Source of the DNA: Candidatus Saccharibacteria bacterium RIFCSPHIGHO2_12_FULL_49_19
GTDB lineage: Bacteria > Patescibacteriota > Saccharimonadia > Saccharimonadales > UBA10212
Assembly (NCBI GenBank): GCA_001788565.1
Contig: MGCX01000043.1
Span: forward strand, 1 to 44,126
Length of the DNA: 44,126 nt
Direction of reading: 5' to 3'
The position numbers were made by a program, and so were the translations under genes. Under the pieces are notes generated by a model, which had not been told where the DNA came from, searched no databases, and saw nothing but the letters and a program-made list of their open reading frames with translations. This document shows positions 6,935 through 14,422 of the stretch, piece after piece. Positions within the stretch are counted from its first letter, which is position 1, and each line of letters opens with the position of its first letter.

Positions 6935-8713
6935 GTGGCACCCCGTAAATTGACAAATTCCAGCTCCAGCGGCTCGTCAAATCGTCGAGTCCAATTTTGG
7001 TATGCTGTCCTGATTATTATCCTGGCGGTAATGGTTGGACGGCTATTCTATCTGCAAGTTATCAGACATGAGCACTACCGTATAGCCGCCCTGGCTGATC
7101 AGCAGAAAGAGTACGCCATTGCCGCAGAGCGCGGGATTATCAAAGTTCAAGATGGCGGTCGCCAGACGCCGATAGTTCTAAACGAGAAGCTTTATACTCT
7201 ATACGCCGACCCGGTCTATGTAAAAGATGTCGGTGACACTGCTGATAAACTGGCAACTATTACCAAGGGTGATGCCAAGCAGTACGCCAGCAGCATAAAG
7301 TCGAACAGCAGCCGCTACGTGGTCTTAGCTAAGCGATTAAGCGAAGAACAGCAAGGGCAAGTTCTAGCTCTTAAGTTACCGGGAGTTGGAGCTCAAGCGA
7401 TTAATTACCGGACCTATCCACAAGGCTCATTAGCTTCACAGGTTCTAGGATTTGTGAATGACGAGGGGAAGGGGAGTTACGGGGTTGAACAAGCCCTGAA
7501 TAATGACCTTGCCGGACGAGCCGGGAGATTAAAAGCCATAACTGACGTCCAAGGTGTTCCTCTGGCGGCCAGCGAAGATAATGTCGAGATAAGTCCCCAG
7601 AATGGTGATAATGTAATTTTGACAATTGAGCTGGCTATGCAGAGGCAGCTGGAGTCAATTATGAAAGCTGGTCTGGATAAAGCCAAGAGCGGCTCGGGTA
7701 GCGCGCTGATTATGGATGCCAATACCGGGGCGGTCAAAGCAATGGCTAACTTGCCAACATATAACCCGGCTGATTTTTTCAATGTTACTGACCAAGGCGT
7801 ATTTAATAATGCCTGTGTTAGCTCGCCTCTGGAGGTTGGTTCGGTCATGAAAGTAATGACCGCCGCGGCGGCGCTGGATTTAGCTGTTATAAAGCCGGAC
7901 ACTGCTTTCTATGATCCGGGGCATTGGAAATTGAATGACCACGAAATTACCAACATTGAAGAAGTCGGAGGGCCCGGTACCCGAACTATCCCTCAAGTGC
8001 TTGATAGATCAATAAATACCGGGGCCGCTTGGATGTTAATGCAAATGGGCGGTAAAACCGGCTCTGTAAATAAACAGGCCCGGGAGCGCTGGTATGACTA
8101 CATGGTTAACCGCTACCAGCTGAGTAAGCCGACGGGGATTGAGCAGGGCTATGAATCGGGGGGAACTGTTCCTGATCCCAATGAGGGCTTCGCCCTGGAG
8201 CTAGCCTATGCCAATACATCATTCGGGCAAGCTATGACCGCCACGCCCTTGCAAATGGCCGCTGCTTTGGCTAGTGTCGTCAATGGCGGTACTTACTATC
8301 AGCCTCGACTGGTTGATGCGGTGGCCAAAGCAGACGGGCAGACTAAGAAGATTACTCCCAAGGTTGTCAAAAAGGGGGTAGTGGCCGGCCATGTCAGTGA
8401 TGAAGTCCGACAAATGATGGAATTCGTAGTAGCCAATCACCGTCCTCAGCCGCCATTCGCCAGCCAATACAGTGTAGGCGGTAAGACCGGAACGGCTCAG
8501 ATAGCAAACCCCAGCGGCGGCTATTACAAAGATAAATATAATGGGATGTATATCGGCTTTGTAGGTGGCGATAGACCACAGTACGTAGTCGTCGTACGCG
8601 TCAATGAACCTAAGATCGGCGGCTACGCCGGTTCAGCGGCGGCCCAGCCGATTTTTTGGCAGCTGGCGCATATGCTGATCAATAACTTTAATGTCCAGCC
8701 AAGAAGCCACTAA
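6935..8713 (+). CDS. ftsI: penicillin-binding protein 2/FtsI-type transpeptidase
   Basis: N-terminal TM and PBP dimerisation region. SVMK (SxxK), SIN (SxN) and KTGT motifs. GTG start. Confidence 0.9.
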   Translation: MAPRKLTNSSSSGSSNRRVQFWYAVLIIILAVMVGRLFYLQVIRHEHYRIAALADQQKEYAIAAERGIIKVQDGGRQTPIVLNEKLYTLYADPVYVKDVGDTADKLATITKGDAKQYASSIKSNSSRYVVLAKRLSEEQQGQVLALKLPGVGAQAINYRTYPQGSLASQVLGFVNDEGKGSYGVEQALNNDLAGRAGRLKAITDVQGVPLAASEDNVEISPQNGDNVILTIELAMQRQLESIMKAGLDKAKSGSGSALIMDANTGAVKAMANLPTYNPADFFNVTDQGVFNNACVSSPLEVGSVMKVMTAAAALDLAVIKPDTAFYDPGHWKLNDHEITNIEEVGGPGTRTIPQVLDRSINTGAAWMLMQMGGKTGSVNKQARERWYDYMVNRYQLSKPTGIEQGYESGGTVPDPNEGFALELAYANTSFGQAMTATPLQMAAALASVVNGGTYYQPRLVDAVAKADGQTKKITPKVVKKGVVAGHVSDEVRQMMEFVVANHRPQPPFASQYSVGGKTGTAQIANPSGGYYKDKYNGMYIGFVGGDRPQYVVVVRVNEPKIGGYAGSAAAQPIFWQLAHMLINNFNVQPRSH

Positions 8714-8750
8714 AGATGGTATAATAAGCCCCTAGCCACCTAAAACAGAC

Positions 8751-9791
8751 ATGCATAATTTACAAATTGTCATTGAAACCAGCACCGTAGAGCAGATCCT
8801 GACCTTTGGTTTTTTGGGCTTTTTGACCGCTATGGCTCTGACACCGCTATATACTACTGCGGCCTATGCCGGCGGCTGGTGGAAGAAACCCAGAACTAAG
8901 ACCATAACAGGTGAGGCGGCGAAAGTTTATCAGAAATTACACGCTGCCAAGCACATCCGCAATATCCCGACCATGGCCGGCATTATCTTTATTCTGGCGA
9001 CAGTATTAGTAACCATCGCTGGAAACTTAAGCCGCTCAGAAACCTGGCTGCCACTGGTGGCCATGGCCGGAGCGGGGACTATCGGTCTTTTTGATGACAT
9101 TTTAAATATCAGAGGCTTTGGTAATGGCATTGCCGGCATGCGGGCCAAAGTTAAATCAGCGCTTTTGATCGGGGTCGCCTCTATTGGCGGCTGGTGGTTC
9201 TTTGCCAAGCTGGAGGTTGAGGCTATTAACATTCCGTTTTACGGCAGTCTTGATATCGGTTGGCTGATAATCCCACTTTTTATACTGGTGGTTTATGCGA
9301 CGGCTAACGCTGTTAACATTACTGATGGGCTGGACGGCTTAGCCGGCGGGCTGGCCGCCTCGGCCTTCGGAGCGTATGCCGTAATCGCCTTTATAGAGGA
9401 GAAGTACGGTATTGCCGGCTTTTGCATGACGGTTACCGGTGCGTTACTTAGTTACACTTGGTTTAATATTCACCCGGCCCGTTTTTTCATGGGTGATGTC
9501 GGGTCGTTCGCGCTGGGGACGGCGCTTGGCGTGGTGGCATTGCTTACTGATACGGTTTTACTACTGCCGGTGATCGGTTTTGTTTTTGTGATGGAAGCCG
9601 GTTCATCTCTACTGCAGGTGCTTTCCAAGCGCTTACGAGGCGGCAAGAAAATTTTCGAGATTGCTCCGATTCACCACCATTTTGAGGCCGTCGGTTGGCC
9701 GGAGACTAAAGTAACTATGCGTTTTTGGGTAATCGGTCAGGTAGCAGCCTTTATTGGAATAATCCTGTTCATTTTAGGTGGGCCGCTGTGA
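8751..9791 (+). CDS. mraY: phospho-N-acetylmuramoyl-pentapeptide transferase MraY
   Basis: NAVNITDGLDGLAGG and PIHHHFE. Polytopic membrane protein. Confidence 0.93.
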   Translation: MHNLQIVIETSTVEQILTFGFLGFLTAMALTPLYTTAAYAGGWWKKPRTKTITGEAAKVYQKLHAAKHIRNIPTMAGIIFILATVLVTIAGNLSRSETWLPLVAMAGAGTIGLFDDILNIRGFGNGIAGMRAKVKSALLIGVASIGGWWFFAKLEVEAINIPFYGSLDIGWLIIPLFILVVYATANAVNITDGLDGLAGGLAASAFGAYAVIAFIEEKYGIAGFCMTVTGALLSYTWFNIHPARFFMGDVGSFALGTALGVVALLTDTVLLLPVIGFVFVMEAGSSLLQVLSKRLRGGKKIFEIAPIHHHFEAVGWPETKVTMRFWVIGQVAAFIGIILFILGGPL

Positions 9792-11077
9792 ACGACCGAC
9801 CCCGCCGGACGCTGCGGTCTAAACTGTTAACCGTCGGCTCAAACGCCGCCTCTGAGTCGGTCGGTCGCCGGCACAAACCTGATTATTGGATTCTCATCTT
9901 GGGCTCGGCACTTTTAGTCCTCGGTCTGGTGGTAGTTTATTCGATCAGTCCCGGTTTAGCGGCTTCGCAGGGCATCAGTCAGGGTTATTTCATAACCAAA
10001 CAGCTTATTGATGTCGGCTTAGGTTTAACGGCTTTTCTAGTAGCCGCCTATTTACCCGCTGGCTGGTGGTGGAGGGTGGCTACACTGTTGGCAATTCTGG
10101 CGGTCCTGGCTTCACTGTTAGTTATGATTATGCCTACCGATGCTCTGCATCCAGCCCACCGTTGGATTAGGGTCGGTAACTTCTCATTCCAAGTAGTGGA
10201 GTTAATAAAGCTAGCTCTACTGGTTTGGACAGCTCGTTTTCTGACCTTAGCCTGGCGATCCGGCAGGATTGCCGATAATAAAGCCACCTTGCGGCCGCTC
10301 CTGATAGTAACGATTATCGCCGGAATGGTAGTGGCTATGCTGCAAAGTGATTTTGGATCTGCGGTTGTGGTGGTGTCCATGGTAGGTTTGATGGCCTACG
10401 TTGCCGGCATCCCGCTTCGTAAGATTGGTCTCATCGCCGGCATTATTAGCATACTTTTAGTGCTGGCTATCGCCAGCACACCCTACCGCCGCGACAGACT
10501 GGCTAATTTTTTGAATCCCGGAGCATCGTGCGAAACAACCGGCTACCAAGCCTGCCAGGCCCTGATATCAGTAGGGTCGGGCGGGGTGTTTGGACTAGGT
10601 TTGGGCCACAGCGTTCAAGCCTACGGCTATCTACCGGAAGCCGGTAATGACTCAATCTTTGCTATTATTGCCGAGAAGTTCGGCTTTATAGGCACTATCT
10701 TAGTACTAGTTCTTTATGGGGGGCTTATCTTTAGGCTCAAACTGCTAATCACCCACACTTCAAACCAATTCAACAGATTACTAGTGGTTGGAGTATTAGC
10801 ATGGCTCAGCACTCAAATTATTATTAACACCGGCGCCATGCTGGGGCTGTTGCCCCTAAAGGGGATAACGCTGCCGTATATTAGTCAGGGTGGCACTAGT
10901 TTGATCTTCATGACTGCCGCTTTGGGGCTGGTTTTTCAGATTTCACGATATACTAATTACAGTAAAACTGAACCGAAATTAAACCTTAGTGAAGCAACAA
11001 ACAGTTACTATCGTTCTGACGGGCGGGGGATCAGGCGGCCACATAACCCCGCTTTTGTCGCTCGCCCGCGAGCTTAA
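9788..11077 (+). CDS. ftsW: SEDS-family peptidoglycan polymerase FtsW
   Basis: About 10 TM helices, LPLKGITLPYISQGGTSL. GTG 9788 overlaps the mraY stop (GTGA) and is preferred over the track start ATG 9725. Confidence 0.85.
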   Translation: MNDRPRRTLRSKLLTVGSNAASESVGRRHKPDYWILILGSALLVLGLVVVYSISPGLAASQGISQGYFITKQLIDVGLGLTAFLVAAYLPAGWWWRVATLLAILAVLASLLVMIMPTDALHPAHRWIRVGNFSFQVVELIKLALLVWTARFLTLAWRSGRIADNKATLRPLLIVTIIAGMVVAMLQSDFGSAVVVVSMVGLMAYVAGIPLRKIGLIAGIISILLVLAIASTPYRRDRLANFLNPGASCETTGYQACQALISVGSGGVFGLGLGHSVQAYGYLPEAGNDSIFAIIAEKFGFIGTILVLVLYGGLIFRLKLLITHTSNQFNRLLVVGVLAWLSTQIIINTGAMLGLLPLKGITLPYISQGGTSLIFMTAALGLVFQISRYTNYSKTEPKLNLSEATNSYYRSDGRGIRRPHNPAFVARPRA

Positions 11078-12155
11078 AAAAGCCAACAAAGCCTGTCGCG
11101 TAGTATATATAGGCCTTCGTGGCGAGAAGGTAGAAGAACTATCTTCGCGTTACGAAGTTTTCGATGAAGCATACACCATAGCCGCCGGCAAATTCCGCCG
11201 CTACCACGGTGAGAGTTTTTTAAGGCAACTGCTTGATATCCGAACACTGCTACTCAATATTCGTGATTTCTTTAAAGTTAGCGCCGGAGTATTCTCGGCT
11301 CGCCGATTGCTAGGGCGTATTAAGCCGGATGTTGTATTTAGCAAGGGTGGTTTTGTAGTAGTACCTGTAGGTATTGCTGCTCGATGGCGTAAGGTTCCGA
11401 TAATCACCCACGACTCAGATGTCACGGCTGGCTTAGCCAATCGAATACTGGCGCGCTGGGCGGTGGTGAGGACTAGCGGGCAGCAATCAGCTGCCGGAGA
11501 TTCCCGTTTTGTTGGCATACCGGTGGGTGAACGCTTAAAACCTGTTACTGATAGTTCCCAGAGAGGCTTCAAACGTCTAATTGGTATTCCATCTAGAGCC
11601 GAACTCCTGCTAATCGCTGGCGGCGGCTTGGGGGCAAGGGATATTAACGAGCGGATGGTCTCTATCATGCCAAGATTGCTGATGAATAACCCCAATCTTT
11701 ACGTGGTACATATAACAGGCAGTCAAAATGAAAAGGAGGTACGCGATGCTTACCAGATATCAGCCGAGGACGCCCATCGCCTGACAGTTATCGGTTTCTC
11801 TAACGAGTTTGATAAGTATAGCGCCGCCGCCGATCTAATCGTTAGTCGGGCTGGGGCTACAGCGCTGGCGGAATTCGCCGCTCAGCATAAAGCAGTTCTG
11901 TTGATTCCGGCAACGCATTTAGCGAGTGGACATCAGCTGGAAAACGCCAGAGATCTGCAAAAACGCCGGGCAGTTAAAGTTTTAGATAATGAGGTACCAA
12001 CTCAAAAACTGTTTAATACAGTTGATGATTTGCTTAATAATAAAACAGCCTTACGTGATCTGGGCACAAACTTGGGTAAGCTAGCTAATCCAAGCGCAGC
12101 TGCTGATCTGGCAAAGATAATTCTTGATGTCGCCTACCGCTATAAAAAGAATTAA
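10989..12155 (+). CDS. murG: UDP-GlcNAc:lipid I N-acetylglucosaminyltransferase MurG
   Basis: TGGGSGGHITP G-loop at residues 11-21, and GHQLENA. GTG start. It overlaps the ftsW 3' end by 89 nt. Confidence 0.9.
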   Translation: MKQQTVTIVLTGGGSGGHITPLLSLARELKKANKACRVVYIGLRGEKVEELSSRYEVFDEAYTIAAGKFRRYHGESFLRQLLDIRTLLLNIRDFFKVSAGVFSARRLLGRIKPDVVFSKGGFVVVPVGIAARWRKVPIITHDSDVTAGLANRILARWAVVRTSGQQSAAGDSRFVGIPVGERLKPVTDSSQRGFKRLIGIPSRAELLLIAGGGLGARDINERMVSIMPRLLMNNPNLYVVHITGSQNEKEVRDAYQISAEDAHRLTVIGFSNEFDKYSAAADLIVSRAGATALAEFAAQHKAVLLIPATHLASGHQLENARDLQKRRAVKVLDNEVPTQKLFNTVDDLLNNKTALRDLGTNLGKLANPSAAADLAKIILDVAYRYKKN

Positions 12156-13027
12156 TGCTATTAAATCGGCGAAAAAATTCAAAGAGTAGCGCCGGCCGAC
12201 AGGGCACCTCGGCAGCTGGTCGGTTTTATCGTGCCGGAAATAGCAATTCTTCTCGCGTAAGTCCATTCGGTAACAAACAAGCGGCCCAAAGCAGATCGCG
12301 CCGTTGGCTGGCCAGACTCACCGACATTACTATAGTGATAGCTGTGCTAGCGGTAGCCGTTTATAGTTTGATGGTTAGCTCGCCACCCGACATTAGGGTG
12401 GTAAATAATTTTTACAACACTAAGGAAGTGTACTCAAAGGCCGTGATCGAGCAATTTGATAAAATAAAAAATTCCAACAAAATTACATTTAACGAAAAAG
12501 AGATGGAGAGCCAGCTTAGGAAGCAATTTCCGGAGATCTCTAAGGTGATTGTTGATTTACCGCTTGTTGGGCAAAGGCCCAAAGTAACCATTGAAATTGA
12601 TGAACCAGCCCTTCGACTGGCTGGCGGCAGTGGAGAGTACGTAATAAACAAAGCCGGCGTGGTAGCTGCCAAGAGTGATGGACTGGCCGCCGCCTCGTCA
12701 CTTGTTTTAGTCAGAGATGAGAGCGGTTTTGATTTACAGGCCGGTAGTCCGGCACTGGATAAACAGGCTGTTATCTTTATCGAAGCTCTAACTGCCCAGC
12801 TCAAAAAAGCTAAAGTACCGATTGAGTCACTGACCTTTCCGCCGCGTGCTCAAGAGCTTAACTTAAAAACAGCCGATCAGCCTTACTATGTCAAATTTTA
12901 TCTTGGCGGTGACGCCGCTAGCCAGATCGGCCAGTTCCTAGCGGCCCGCCAACAGTTGACTAGCGAAGGCATTCAACCTCATGAGTATCTAGATGTAAGG
13001 GTAGCGGGTAAGGTTTTTTATAAGTAG
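12155..13027 (+). CDS. ftsQ: FtsQ/DivIB-like cell division protein
   Basis: Basic N-terminus, single TM, then POTRA-like and beta domains. It takes the dcw position after murG, with a TAATG stop/start overlap. Confidence 0.6.
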   Translation: MLLNRRKNSKSSAGRQGTSAAGRFYRAGNSNSSRVSPFGNKQAAQSRSRRWLARLTDITIVIAVLAVAVYSLMVSSPPDIRVVNNFYNTKEVYSKAVIEQFDKIKNSNKITFNEKEMESQLRKQFPEISKVIVDLPLVGQRPKVTIEIDEPALRLAGGSGEYVINKAGVVAAKSDGLAAASSLVLVRDESGFDLQAGSPALDKQAVIFIEALTAQLKKAKVPIESLTFPPRAQELNLKTADQPYYVKFYLGGDAASQIGQFLAARQQLTSEGIQPHEYLDVRVAGKVFYK

Positions 13028-13058
13028 CCTCGGTGCTATACTTAAGCCAAATTAGTGG

Positions 13059-13811
13059 GTGGGCAGGAGACATCTCACCTTGAGCTCTAGGTCGCCGGTA
13101 GAACTGTCAATTGGCCTCTATGAAAGAGGTGCGGTAGGCTACGCCAGCTCTATTGGCGAATTCATTAGGCTAAGGTCCGAACGAATGTCACCGGCCTATG
13201 TGAATCTTCGTCCCATAGCCTCATTCTCCGAGAATCACGCTATGCCCGTGGAGGAGCAGAGAGAGGTAAGGGACTTGGTAGTTAGTTCTTTTTCAGACTT
13301 GCTGGATATCAGCCCTCATAACTACGACCATATTTTAGGAGTCCCGCACGCAATGACAGCTGTAGCGGGGTTAGTGGCTCAGGCCCGTGGCGATTCGCTA
13401 TTAACGATGCGATCTAGCGCTGACAAAAAATATGGGGTGCATAAACCCATCGAAGGTGACTATCGGGAAGGTGATGTTGTTATAGCTCTAGATGATGCCA
13501 TTACCGACGGCGGCGCCAAACTAGATACCATAGCCAGAGCCGAAGAACTCGGTTTGGTTATTCCGGAGGTAGCCGTATTAGTGGATCGTGAGGAAGGCGG
13601 ACGCGAGGCTTTGGAGGAAATGGGGTATGGATTCAGCTCGGCTATCGGACTCGGCGGAATCACTTATGTATTAGCTGAGCAGGGAATAATAACATCGCAA
13701 CAGCGGAACTGGATGGAGAAGTACTACGTTAGCCTGGTAGAGGGTGGAATAATTCCGGCTATCCCGAAGAGCTTAGTTGAAGGTCCGGAAGACTGGTCTC
13801 TCCCCTCCTAG
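13059..13811 (+). CDS. pyrE: phosphoribosyltransferase, orotate PRTase-like
   Basis: PRPP loop VVIALDDAITDGGAKL and SPAYVNLRP. The likely true start is TTG 13080, preceded by AGGAGA. Confidence 0.6.
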   Translation: MGRRHLTLSSRSPVELSIGLYERGAVGYASSIGEFIRLRSERMSPAYVNLRPIASFSENHAMPVEEQREVRDLVVSSFSDLLDISPHNYDHILGVPHAMTAVAGLVAQARGDSLLTMRSSADKKYGVHKPIEGDYREGDVVIALDDAITDGGAKLDTIARAEELGLVIPEVAVLVDREEGGREALEEMGYGFSSAIGLGGITYVLAEQGIITSQQRNWMEKYYVSLVEGGIIPAIPKSLVEGPEDWSLPS

Positions 13812-14422
13812 TTCGTATTTTGTTCTTCTTTTTGATTTAGCTTGCTGGGCAGGGAAAAACTATACGATACTACCGAATTGCTAAATGTCAAATCAACCTG
13901 TCTAGGAAAAAAGTAGGGGAAACTTAGGCAAAACATAGAATACCCAAAAAGCAAACATGGTTGTGGATAACTTTGGATATTCACAAATTTTACGACACGT
14001 CTAGGAACGAGTACGTACCAATAAATGGGTTGCTAGCCTGCCTACCGGCAGGCAGGCGCCACAGGCTTGAGCAGAGCGAAACCGGCAAGCACACACACTT
14101 TTTGGTATGTACGAGCAATCGTCCCCTGTTAGGGGGGTATTGTGACACATCACCCTTAAGCTAATATATACAGTCGTAAAATATACATTGTGCGACATGA
14201 CGCGTTGAGCCTGGTTGCTATTCTCCAACCCGCGGCTGTCGGTATCTAATCCCGGATTTTTTATTTTTTATTATTTCCCTCGATTGACTCGATACCTTGT
14301 ACCCTTACTGGATTAGTGTGCGCTCCATCACACTACCTATATACCTAGTTCGTAAAATGTTCAGTATGTAAATATGAACGATCATCAACATAAATGAAAG
14401 TAGATATAGGCTCTTTCGTTAT

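Noticed and set aside
13961-14228. Two mutually overlapping ORFs in the convergent gap (13961..14164 plus strand and 14001..14228 minus strand).
   Set aside because: They overlap each other on opposite strands, lack SD or promoter context, and are Cys/Arg/His-rich like random frames.
13812-14422. The replication origin (oriC), suggested by a perfect DnaA box plus an AT/T-rich tract.
   Set aside because: There is only one perfect box, with a 2-mismatch partner. No dnaA or dnaN is nearby, and the flanking genes converge on the gap, which is the opposite of the usual origin arrangement. A terminus-type region is more consistent.
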